Shown here: positions 48,460 through 58,231 of the stretch, piece after piece
How the letters are laid out: the number at the start of each line of letters is the position of its first letter
How positions within the stretch are numbered: the stretch's first letter is position 1
NCBI GenBank assembly: GCA_043811535.1
Contig: JBDRNC010000027.1
Coordinates: forward strand, 21,283-85,282
DNA: 64,000 nucleotides
Direction of reading: 5' to 3'
Origin: Elusimicrobiota bacterium
Lineage (GTDB): Bacteria; Elusimicrobiota; Endomicrobiia; Endomicrobiales; JBDRNC01
Translations under genes and position numbers: made by a program
The notes under the pieces: model-generated
Database searches by the model: none
Seen by the model: only the letters and a program-made list of their open reading frames with translations
What the model was told of the DNA's origin: nothing

Positions 48460-50190
48460 TTATTGCGTATGCGCCAGGGCTTTTAACGCCCTTTCGTAAT
48501 TAGGGTCCAATTTAATGCACTCATTCCAGCATTTATTCGCGTCTTCAATATTGCCCTTTGAATAAGCTATGAATCCCTTTTGAAACAATTCATCGCATTT
48601 CACGCTTACGTATTCATTTATGTATTTATTGATTATTTCGTTTGTGTCATCCAGCTCATGCCCTCTTCTCCACATTCTGCTGGCTTCAGTCGTGTCTCCA
48701 TCCATAAATTTCTCGTACCCTTGCTTGCAATAAGCGTTGGCGCAGTGTTTCATCACTTTATTTCTATATTTATTGTCGTTTGTATTCAAGTATTTTTCGT
48801 AGTAACCAATCGCGTTCTTCATGTCACCTTTAATGTAGCTTTGCAGTCCGTTCTGGTAAAGGGATTCTTCCTTCCTAACGGTCGGCGCCGCCGGTTTTTC
48901 TACGCTTACAGGCGCAGTCGGCTCCGACTCTCTCTTTTCTTTCATGAATTCTTCTAACATCTTTTTTGCGCTTGCTTTAACGTACAGATCCCTGTATTTT
49001 AGGGTTGACTGGTTGATAAAGGACCATGCCTGGTCGAAATTCCCCTTTTTTGCCGCGTCTTCCGCCATTATCCTAAATTGGTCTACATTATTAACATCTA
49101 TTTCCGACACCCCTTGCGTATACATCGCGTTGTCCCGCTCAGACATCGCATCAGAATACCTCTGTGTATATCTGATTTTTATTTCTTCGTTTATGGCCTT
49201 CCGGTCTCGCTCCAGGTTCTCATATTCCTTAACCTTCGCATATCTGTTTACGTTCCCTCCAAACGACGGCGAAAATATGTATTTAAACTCCATCGTGCTT
49301 ATGTCGCCCATCATTAATGATGGCCGCCATGCTACATTAATACCCATATTATCCCATGTTATACCAAGTCCTGTAGTTATACCAGCATCAGTCCCGAGAT
49401 CCTTTCTTTCAGTTGTGTATCCTGCCCGGATCAATCCAAACAATTTCGGGCTTATGCTTACACGATATTCCCCTCCGGCGCCGTAATAATCTTTCGCGCC
49501 TGCCGCTTTCTCTCCCGATACCGCTACAAGCAGGTTTTCATCTTTTGTAAACCATCTGCTGAACCCGTACGCTACAGTCATGGGCGTATCTTCCTCCGTG
49601 AAAAATTTCGGTTTTGTGCCCATGTTCCTGATAGCTATTCCAAACCTCGATTTATCGTTATTCTCAATTTTAAACATCAACCCGGCGTCCGCCAGCATAT
49701 TTTTTGACGTCTCGTTTTCCAGTTTCTCGCTTACATATCTTAAAGTAACTCCAGCACCGGTTATTCTAAAAATATCCATTTTTCTTGCGTATGACATCCC
49801 TACCGCCATTGTCCCATTGTTATATTTTCCCGGTTGCAGGTTGCCTTGATTATCGTAAGACGATATTTCACCTGTTTGGAATGAGTTTATGCTTACCCCG
49901 ATTACGTTTTTCGGATTAAGCCGGTATGAACTCAGCAGTTGCTGAAATACTATGCCTTCCGGCCAGGCAGCGTAACTTAAACTTGCCGATTTTCCAAGAG
50001 AGCCTATAAGAGCTGCCGGGTTAAATTCACAAGCTGTTTCCCCGTTTTCCACACCTGCGACCGCATTGGCCATCCCAAGCGTTGTTGGATTATTTTTTAC
50101 TCGAAATATCATGTTCCCATAGCTTGTCCATGCCGCCGGACTCACGGTTATTATTAAAGCGATAATTAGATATATATTCTTGTTTTTCAT
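48460..50190 (-). CDS. PorV/PorQ-like beta-barrel fused to C-terminal TPRs
   Basis: LGMANA...EFNPAAL motif, barrel strands, TPR tail. Same architecture as 4860..6707. Confidence 0.68.
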   Translation of the reverse strand: MKNKNIYLIIALIITVSPAAWTSYGNMIFRVKNNPTTLGMANAVAGVENGETACEFNPAALIGSLGKSASLSYAAWPEGIVFQQLLSSYRLNPKNVIGVSINSFQTGEISSYDNQGNLQPGKYNNGTMAVGMSYARKMDIFRITGAGVTLRYVSEKLENETSKNMLADAGLMFKIENNDKSRFGIAIRNMGTKPKFFTEEDTPMTVAYGFSRWFTKDENLLVAVSGEKAAGAKDYYGAGGEYRVSISPKLFGLIRAGYTTERKDLGTDAGITTGLGITWDNMGINVAWRPSLMMGDISTMEFKYIFSPSFGGNVNRYAKVKEYENLERDRKAINEEIKIRYTQRYSDAMSERDNAMYTQGVSEIDVNNVDQFRIMAEDAAKKGNFDQAWSFINQSTLKYRDLYVKASAKKMLEEFMKEKRESEPTAPVSVEKPAAPTVRKEESLYQNGLQSYIKGDMKNAIGYYEKYLNTNDNKYRNKVMKHCANAYCKQGYEKFMDGDTTEASRMWRRGHELDDTNEIINKYINEYVSVKCDELFQKGFIAYSKGNIEDANKCWNECIKLDPNYERALKALAHTQ

Positions 50191-50200
50191 GTCCTTTTTA

Positions 50201-53200
50201 TCATCTTATAATTGTCATTATTCCTTTTTTATTTTCCCCGACACTGTTTGTTAAAACGTAATAATACGTTCCGCTTCCGGCGTCTTCCCCGCCGCTGTTC
50301 TTCCCGTTCCATACATATCTGCCGTTGCATGTCGAATCTATTTCAGTGTCCAACCACATTGTTCCGGCCAGGTCAAAGACCTTTATCTTACAGTCCTTTG
50401 TCAGGTTGTCAAATATTATAATGGCCCCTGAAAATATCCCGCCGCTGTTAGGTTTCCACGGGTTTGGATAGGCTATGAACGTGTTAAGGTCGCTCGCGTA
50501 TTTCTTACCCCCAGTTCCGTATATTGAGAACGAATTTGTCCTGATTTTAATACGCCTGTTAGCACTAACTGTCTCAACTTTAGAGCTGTCAAGCGCGGTC
50601 CATTTGTCATTTACATATTTATGGCCTGTCAGCCTTTTTATAGGCACTCCTGTGGTATCTTCTATATTGTCTCCGTCGCTGTCAACGTATGGTATTTCTA
50701 TCAAAGCCTCTTTGCTCCCAAAATCCGACGATATCAAGTCCAGTGTTGCCACGCTGAACAGCTTTATGCTTACTATTCCCGATTCTATTATGACCCCATT
50801 ATTGCTTTCCAGATTGATATTTTTAACCCCCGTTGCGGTTTTGCCGCTTTTGACTTCAATGTAGAAATTCTCGCCTACCGTCCCGGCTGGTATCGTAACT
50901 TTAATGTTACCTACCCCGCTGTCTACATTTACGACGTTATCAATATAAAATATCCCTATCCGCAGCGTTTGCGTTACTACTTTCAATATGTTGCTGTACG
51001 TGTTGTCCTGCGCGCCCAGGTCATTATATGCCGATACTCTATAATAGTATGTTGTTGCCGGTGTCAGGTTTGTGTCCGTATATGCGTTAGTAGTAATGTT
51101 TGTATCCCAATCGGCAAGCGCTATCCAGTCGATCTGGTTTGCCGACCGTTCTATTCTGTACCGTACCGCCCCTTCTGTATACAACAACGTAACTGACGTG
51201 CCTGACGGTTCCTGCATCGTTTCAAGTGTTATGACCATATCTTGATACGATTTTGATTCTTCGCCCAACCCGCCGTATATTCCCATATCTACTTTACCGT
51301 CGCTTGGCTGTACCAGACATACCGACGGGTCGCCTGTATCTATGCACGGCGATTGGACAGTGTCTCTTACCCACGCTGTACCGTTCCACCTGCCTGTTTT
51401 TGATTTTAAGTGATAATCCTGGTTCGCTACGTCGGCAAACAGCGGGTCATCCAGTATATCCTTATCGCCCTTTTCCATCCCGACAAAACTTGCGCTGTAA
51501 TAATCGTTGTAGTTTATGTCATAATCTACCGTGGCGTTTCCTTCGGCCACGATGATTGCGTTCCCTTTGTAGAATATATTGTTCCTTAACAATGCCTTAT
51601 TCGCATCTACGCTGCCCGCATCGTTTCGCAGTATTATCCCTACCGACGTCACCTGGTTGAATACGTTGGCTACAATCTTTAACCGGTGATGCTGCGACGG
51701 CCCGCCCAGCCCGCACACTATCCCTTTTTCACATCCGTAAAATACGTTGTTCCGTATCTCAATGTCGCTTATCCCGCTGTTTAAAGATATCCCCGCGCCA
51801 AGCGGGCTGTTTATACTTATACCTTCAATTGTCACCGAACTGCCCTGTATAGTTATGCTGTCGCCCTCCGCCGCAATTTTAGCTTTCCCTACATTGACAC
51901 CGATAAACCTTGTTTTCCTGTCCCCTTTGCCGGAAATAGCCGCATTTATCGTTATTGCCCCGTTATAATTGCCGTCTTTCATGTACACCCAATCGCCCGG
52001 CATAATGCTTGAAAGGACCTTAGACATGGTCTTCCAGGGCTTCATCAACGACCCTTCATAAGTATCGTTCCCGTTTACTATGTCAACATAGAACGCTACC
52101 CCGCTGTCAGCCGTGTATGTTGAAGGCCTTGGAATAATGTCGTCCAAAAATGATATCGCCCCGTATTCTTCGATGCTTTTTATCCCAAAATAGTATTTGT
52201 AATTGACCTCTAGACCGCTTATCACCAGCTCTTCAGGGTTTCCGGCCGTTTTTGGCGCCCCGGTGGGCCACGTTTCCGCGAGCCCATACTCTGCGTCGTT
52301 ACTTAACGTAAATGTCGCGTATTTGACTATATACGATGTTGCCGTACCTGTATATCCGTCCGATCCCGGCGCTGTCCATTCAAGTTTCACCCACCCGGGT
52401 CTCATGTACGGCCTTGCTCTCAGGTCCGTTACAGGCCCAGGTTGTTTTACGAGCGTTGCGATGTTCCCTAACGAGGTCCAATCCGATGATATCGACTCAT
52501 GGTTAATACCTTTTACCCTGAACCAGTATTCAGTTGAAGGCACAAGGTTTGTAAATGTTTTTGAAAGACCTGTTAAAGTGTGCTCTACAACTGTTCCCAA
52601 AAATCCGTTCCAGGTTGACCTTTGTACATTGTAAAGCGTATCGGTCGAATTAAAATTATGTGTCCAGTTTGTCTTTATTGACAGTTTTCCCACTTCACTG
52701 AAGGATTGTGCTACCGGAGGATTACAAAGCGTTACTTTTGATCCAAGATTTGTCCATGAAGTTGGTATATTTTCATAGTTGACGGCCTTGACCCTGTACC
52801 AACTTGTCGTATTCGGATCGAGTGTAATGAATTGGGCGTATTCATTGTAAGTTGAAGAAGATTGAAATAGCGTATTGTATCCGCTGTCACCGTGCTTTTC
52901 TACTACAAATGTCGTGCCGACAGGATTCGTTCCCTTCCCGAAGTTCACGGTAACCGCAGTTGACAACAAATTAGTATATTGTTGACCGCCTACCGCTTCG
53001 GATAATGTCACTTTCGGCCCAAGATAAACCCAAGCGCCAATATAACTTCCGTCATTTATCGCCCTTACTCTATACCAATAAGTTGTGTTGGCATCCAAAG
53101 ACGTGAATAAACAGGATGTCAGTAATATCGAATATTGGTCTTTTATAGTTCCAAAATCATTTGATGTTGATTCCTGTACGTTGTATTGTGTGCCCTGCGG

Positions 53201-56200
53201 ATTTCCATTTTGCGTCCAATTAGGTCTAATTGAGCTTTTTGTTACGTCATTAAAAACGTCCGCGGCAGGTTCAACAGACCACGTGCTTGTTGCTCCTACA
53301 GTCAGCCACGGACTTTCTATAAGTCTGTCGGGATCCCTTGCTTTTACTCTGAATCCGTAAGTTGTATTTATCTGCAGATACGTAAAGAAGTAATATGTGG
53401 CGGATACCCAACCACTGCTGGTGATCGCTGTTGTATAGGGTGATATTGTTGACCCCTCGCAGTAATATTGCGACTGAACATTGTTTGATGTCCAATTAAC
53501 CTGCACTGTCCCGGTGCTGACAGCACAAAATGGAATTGCGTATAATTTTGGGGTTCCGAGGTTATAGCATGTCGCCGTGTTCGATTCTATTGACCACAGC
53601 CCAATTTCATCCCGCGTTCGCATTTTAAAATAATAAGTACTGAATCCTGCTAGCCCGGTAATGAGCCGGCTCTGCCACGGCCTCTCTGATGCCATTGTTG
53701 TAGTAATAAGTATTTCATTGACCGCTTCCGCGAACTGCGCGTTTGTTGAATAATTGACCTGATATGTACCGCCGCTTATGGCGCCGTATATTCCGTTATC
53801 TCCAGGCGCGGTCCAAGTTAACAGCATTTCATCGCCTTTTATGCCAGCGTACGCCACAAGATCCGTAATATTGCACGGCGCAACGGTGTCATACAAGTAT
53901 TTTGTGGTCTTGTTTGACAACTCACTCCAATTGTTATCTATTTGGTCCTGTGTTTTGACATAGAAAAAGTATGTGTTATCTGCAATAAGCCCGCTGCATG
54001 TCCTGTATTGCTCATTCCCTGGCGATGTATTAGTGTCCCATACTATTTCATAGATCATCTCTTCCCAACTGTCAGTTGCGGTTGACGAATATTTCACCCA
54101 ATATTTTCCGCCAGTTATATCCCCTCTTATTCCGCTGTTTCCCGGAGCGATCCACTTTAAATCTATCTGATCGTCATATTTACCTTTAGATGATTCCAAT
54201 GATGTTATCGCGAGCGGCGGTATTAGCGGAATATATACATCACTCTCGCTTGACCAATCACTTGCGCAGAAGCCCGGATCTATTGCGCACACCTGCCAAT
54301 AGTATGTGGTGTCATCTAATATCGGTGTCATTAGAAATCCCGACTGTTGCCCAGGTGTTCTATATCCATGAGGATAATTACCCAAAAACGTTCTTCCCGT
54401 CTTCCATGACATGCAAATTGAATTATAATCTGTTACGGGCGTTGTTGTGCCGCACCTAATCCCGTAATACAAGCCCGGAGATGCCGTTTTAGCGTCAGTG
54501 CTCGTGTCCCATGACATTGTTATTATGTTTGTTCCCTTGTTATAGCTACAGCTCAACCCGGCGCTAGGCACCGTGGGTGTTGATACCGGGTTAGTTATCT
54601 GCTCATATGACTTGTATATTTTTGATATCCCTCCCGACCCATTATCTCCACATATTGCAAGGTCAAGGTCTCCGCTATTATTGTAATCGCCCAAAGCCAT
54701 TGAACATTTTTTTACGCTTACTATATTTGAGTTCGTATCAATAAAATTACTGCCGTTATATGTGTATATTTTAGATATCGGAGTGCCGGAACCCGTATCA
54801 CCCGCGATCCCTAGGTCAAGATACCCGTCGTTATTAAAGTCGCCCCACGTTAAAGAACAGAATTTCACCCCAATAATAGATTTGCCTGAATCTGAAAATG
54901 TGCCGTTAGTATTCTTGTAAATCTTCGCCGAAACGCCTCCTCCTGTATTACCGGCTACCGCCAGATCCAGCCACCCATCGTTATCATAGTCGCCAAATGC
55001 CAAAGCGCTGTTATATACCGCATCAAAACTTTCTCCGCTGTCAGTGAATAATCCGTTGTTATTTTTGTACAACTTCGTTGTCGCGGCCGTATTTGCCCAT
55101 CCTGTTAAAGCCAAGTCTAAATATCCATCATTATCATAGTCGCCCCACGCAATACCCCCATTATTCATTCCTATTATTCCTGCTTCAATCTGCGTGAACG
55201 TCCCGTTACTGTTATTTTGGTATATTTTTGTAAAATAATCCGCACCGTTATTTCCCGCTACGGTTAAATCAAGAAAACCGTCGTTGTCATAGTCCGCCCA
55301 GGCTAACGTCGAATTATTCGCTCCTGAAAGCCCCGCGCCTATATCTGTTAACACGCCGTTGTTGTTGTGATATATTTTTGTAAATGCTGTGTCACCGGTC
55401 CACCCGCATATCGCCAGGTCAAGCCATCCGTCGTTGTCATAGTCACCCCATTTAATACTGCTGTTGTATACCCCTGTTATGCTATTGCCTGAATCAGTAA
55501 ACGTGTCATTTCCATTATTTGTATATACCTTGGCGACAGGTGAACCAGCTGCGCCGCACATCGCCAGATCAAGTATACCATCATTATTATAATCACCCCA
55601 TGCCATTGCCCCGCTGTATACATTACTAATATTAGCCAGCATATCCCCAAATGTTCCTGTCATACATGTATTAGTCCCTGTTGTTGAATAACATGACCAT
55701 ATCGTATTACTTGCGGATTTAATTGAAAACCAATAAGTCGTGTCCCGCTGCAACCCCAGCAGATATTTCGTTTCCCATGTTCCAGCAGCCGCTGGCGTCC
55801 ACGTCTGGTAATACGTGTTCGCGTTGATAAACGCGCTTTCAGACGATATATTTCCGCTTGATGAGTACTTTAACAGGTACGTATCACATTTCCCGCCGAA
55901 TCCGTTATCCGGCGCCTTCCATGTAAGCTTTATCTGGAAATCCCTTGTCGCAGTTAAAGTCGTTATAGGCAGTGGCGTCCAATGCACTGGATAACATGTC
56001 GTCTTATTCGACAAATTGCTCCAGTTATTATGCGCATCTTTTGTCTTTAAATAGATATAGTATGTTGTCCATGCGGTAAGATCAGTTAGTTTTCTGCTTT
56101 CAATGCTTCCTGTCATTGTATCTGTTGACCATACAATACCATATGTCATACTATCCCAGTTATGTGCCGCGTCTGACGAATATTTAACCCAATATTCGCC

Positions 56201-58183
56201 TCCAACTATTGCCCCTCTTAATAAATTTTCTCCCGTTGCTGTCCAACGCAGCTTTATTTCATCGTCATATTTGCCCGCCATGGATGTCAGGTTCGCTATT
56301 GCCGACGGTGGTATAGGCGGGACATATGTGCTTGATATTGACGACCATTCGCTGCACCTGTACCCGTTATTTATCGTTCTTACCTGCCAGTAATATGTCA
56401 CATCGTCAACTAGCGGATTCATTAAAAACCCGTTTTGTGTCGCAGATATTTTTCCATGCCCATAATTCCCCACATGGTTGTCAGAATCCTTCCATGACAC
56501 CAGAGTTTTACTGGTATCTGTAATAGGCGAAAATGTCGCTACCCTTATGGTGTAATTTAACCCCAATGTACCTGTCTTAAAGTCAGATCCACTATCCCAT
56601 CTGAATGTTATTATTCCCGTTGTGCTTGAATAATTACTATAGAACCCGCTGCTTGGCGCGTCGGGCGCGGCCGTGCTATTCCCATTTTCTGATTCAACCG
56701 ATTTATATAACCTTGTTAAACCAGATCCAAACGTCATTATATCAAGGTCATTATCGTTATCATAATCACATACGCCTATCCCACCCGTCGCCCCTGCTGG
56801 ATCAATTTCCATCCCTGCATTAAAGTACCCCGGCCCCTCATACCCTTTATTCATATATATATATCCTTTCGGGGTCGAATTTGGATATATTGAATAAGCA
56901 ACTATTGCCACATCTAAAAAACCATCATTATTATAATCCCCTAATTTAACTTTTCCGCTAATCATACCTTTTAGTTGTTGTACATTCGAAAATGTACCGT
57001 TCCCATTGTTTCTATATATATAGAACTGTATTGTTTCCGGCACGTCCCCCATATAAACTAAATCTTGATCACCATCGTTATCTATATCCCCCCATTCCAT
57101 CGAACACCAATAGAAATTCGTAAAACCAGGAGTAACTTTTGTAAATGTCTCATCACCGTTATTTTTCCATACTTCTGTATTAACGCCCCCTGTTTGTTTA
57201 TACCCACCTGTAATTAAATCCAAATATCCGTCATTATTGTAGTCCCCCCACTCCATTCTACCCATACTAAATCCCGTCATATTAGTATTAACGTCCGTGA
57301 ATGTTCCATCTCCGTTGTTCCTATACAATGCCAAGCAATGGTTAACACCATCGCTCCCTGATACCGCTAAATCAATATATCCATCATTATTGTAATCACC
57401 CCATCGTACACATGCATCATTAAATATTCCGTTTAGGCCGGCATTTATATTCGTGAAAGACCCATCGCCATTATTATGATATATTGTTGCTTTCTTAACT
57501 GATGAAATGTTCCTCCCAGCCGCTGCTAAATCTAACCACCCGTCATTATCGTAATCACCCCAGTCAAGAGACCCACCTAATGTCGACCCTGCTGTTCCTT
57601 CCAGCCCTGCATTAATATTTGTGAATGTCCCGTCCCCGTTGTTATGGTATATATCTGCCGCAATAATATCTCTAGTACCTCCAATTGCTACATCATCTAT
57701 TCCGTCATTATCGTAATCACCCCAAGATATTTCACCTGATACATACCCAATAAATGTTATACTTGAGTTTATAATGCTATTTGCCAAACAATATCTATTC
57801 CCTCCTGTAGCAAGGCCCGACCATACGCTGTTACTTGACGATTTTATCTGAAACCAGTATGTTGTTCCCGGATCAAGGCCTGTTAATACCTTTATTTCCA
57901 TCGTTCCAGGATACGCTGGCTGCCAATTCTGGTAATATGTTGCGGCATTCAAAAAATCTGTTTCGTTTGCTATGTTAGCAGTTGTCGAATATTTAAGTAA
58001 ATATCCTTCGCACGCGCCGCCGGAACCGTTATTAGGCGCTACCCACGTTGTCTTTATTTGCAAATATGACGATGCGCTGATATTACTTATATCCGCCGGT
58101 ACCGCAAACAGGTCATTTGCGGGCATAATAAAATATAATCCTATTATAAACGTATAATATACTATCAGCTTTTTCATAAACAC
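50201..58183 (-). CDS. Giant secreted adhesin-like protein (two FG-GAP/VCBS propellers, FN3 arrays, beta-helix, C-terminal YPNP/FlgD-like domain)
   Basis: About 14 WGDY(D/N)NDG.LDL repeats, L...TTYW/Y FN3 motifs, FYVD...GND...GS...PWKT beta-helix start, AYPNPW...WNGKN.GE..GSGTYYY. Confidence 0.85.
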   Translation of the reverse strand: MFMKKLIVYYTFIIGLYFIMPANDLFAVPADISNISASSYLQIKTTWVAPNNGSGGACEGYLLKYSTTANIANETDFLNAATYYQNWQPAYPGTMEIKVLTGLDPGTTYWFQIKSSSNSVWSGLATGGNRYCLANSIINSSITFIGYVSGEISWGDYDNDGIDDVAIGGTRDIIAADIYHNNGDGTFTNINAGLEGTAGSTLGGSLDWGDYDNDGWLDLAAAGRNISSVKKATIYHNNGDGSFTNINAGLNGIFNDACVRWGDYNNDGYIDLAVSGSDGVNHCLALYRNNGDGTFTDVNTNMTGFSMGRMEWGDYNNDGYLDLITGGYKQTGGVNTEVWKNNGDETFTKVTPGFTNFYWCSMEWGDIDNDGDQDLVYMGDVPETIQFYIYRNNGNGTFSNVQQLKGMISGKVKLGDYNNDGFLDVAIVAYSIYPNSTPKGYIYMNKGYEGPGYFNAGMEIDPAGATGGIGVCDYDNDNDLDIMTFGSGLTRLYKSVESENGNSTAAPDAPSSGFYSNYSSTTGIITFRWDSGSDFKTGTLGLNYTIRVATFSPITDTSKTLVSWKDSDNHVGNYGHGKISATQNGFLMNPLVDDVTYYWQVRTINNGYRCSEWSSISSTYVPPIPPSAIANLTSMAGKYDDEIKLRWTATGENLLRGAIVGGEYWVKYSSDAAHNWDSMTYGIVWSTDTMTGSIESRKLTDLTAWTTYYIYLKTKDAHNNWSNLSNKTTCYPVHWTPLPITTLTATRDFQIKLTWKAPDNGFGGKCDTYLLKYSSSGNISSESAFINANTYYQTWTPAAAGTWETKYLLGLQRDTTYWFSIKSASNTIWSCYSTTGTNTCMTGTFGDMLANISNVYSGAMAWGDYNNDGILDLAMCGAAGSPVAKVYTNNGNDTFTDSGNSITGVYNSSIKWGDYDNDGWLDLAICGWTGDTAFTKIYHNNNGVLTDIGAGLSGANNSTLAWADYDNDGFLDLTVAGNNGADYFTKIYQNNSNGTFTQIEAGIIGMNNGGIAWGDYDNDGYLDLALTGWANTAATTKLYKNNNGLFTDSGESFDAVYNSALAFGDYDNDGWLDLAVAGNTGGGVSAKIYKNTNGTFSDSGKSIIGVKFCSLTWGDFNNDGYLDLGIAGDTGSGTPISKIYTYNGSNFIDTNSNIVSVKKCSMALGDYNNSGDLDLAICGDNGSGGISKIYKSYEQITNPVSTPTVPSAGLSCSYNKGTNIITMSWDTSTDAKTASPGLYYGIRCGTTTPVTDYNSICMSWKTGRTFLGNYPHGYRTPGQQSGFLMTPILDDTTYYWQVCAIDPGFCASDWSSESDVYIPLIPPLAITSLESSKGKYDDQIDLKWIAPGNSGIRGDITGGKYWVKYSSTATDSWEEMIYEIVWDTNTSPGNEQYRTCSGLIADNTYFFYVKTQDQIDNNWSELSNKTTKYLYDTVAPCNITDLVAYAGIKGDEMLLTWTAPGDNGIYGAISGGTYQVNYSTNAQFAEAVNEILITTTMASERPWQSRLITGLAGFSTYYFKMRTRDEIGLWSIESNTATCYNLGTPKLYAIPFCAVSTGTVQVNWTSNNVQSQYYCEGSTISPYTTAITSSGWVSATYYFFTYLQINTTYGFRVKARDPDRLIESPWLTVGATSTWSVEPAADVFNDVTKSSIRPNWTQNGNPQGTQYNVQESTSNDFGTIKDQYSILLTSCLFTSLDANTTYWYRVRAINDGSYIGAWVYLGPKVTLSEAVGGQQYTNLLSTAVTVNFGKGTNPVGTTFVVEKHGDSGYNTLFQSSSTYNEYAQFITLDPNTTSWYRVKAVNYENIPTSWTNLGSKVTLCNPPVAQSFSEVGKLSIKTNWTHNFNSTDTLYNVQRSTWNGFLGTVVEHTLTGLSKTFTNLVPSTEYWFRVKGINHESISSDWTSLGNIATLVKQPGPVTDLRARPYMRPGWVKLEWTAPGSDGYTGTATSYIVKYATFTLSNDAEYGLAETWPTGAPKTAGNPEELVISGLEVNYKYYFGIKSIEEYGAISFLDDIIPRPSTYTADSGVAFYVDIVNGNDTYEGSLMKPWKTMSKVLSSIMPGDWVYMKDGNYNGAITINAAISGKGDRKTRFIGVNVGKAKIAAEGDSITIQGSSVTIEGISINSPLGAGISLNSGISDIEIRNNVFYGCEKGIVCGLGGPSQHHRLKIVANVFNQVTSVGIILRNDAGSVDANKALLRNNIFYKGNAIIVAEGNATVDYDINYNDYYSASFVGMEKGDKDILDDPLFADVANQDYHLKSKTGRWNGTAWVRDTVQSPCIDTGDPSVCLVQPSDGKVDMGIYGGLGEESKSYQDMVITLETMQEPSGTSVTLLYTEGAVRYRIERSANQIDWIALADWDTNITTNAYTDTNLTPATTYYYRVSAYNDLGAQDNTYSNILKVVTQTLRIGIFYIDNVVNVDSGVGNIKVTIPAGTVGENFYIEVKSGKTATGVKNINLESNNGVIIESGIVSIKLFSVATLDLISSDFGSKEALIEIPYVDSDGDNIEDTTGVPIKRLTGHKYVNDKWTALDSSKVETVSANRRIKIRTNSFSIYGTGGKKYASDLNTFIAYPNPWKPNSGGIFSGAIIIFDNLTKDCKIKVFDLAGTMWLDTEIDSTCNGRYVWNGKNSGGEDAGSGTYYYVLTNSVGENKKGIMTIIR

Positions 58184-58231
58184 CTTTTTGTTATATTTGC
58201 CTAATTATATTTAAATTACTCGTATTTCTAT

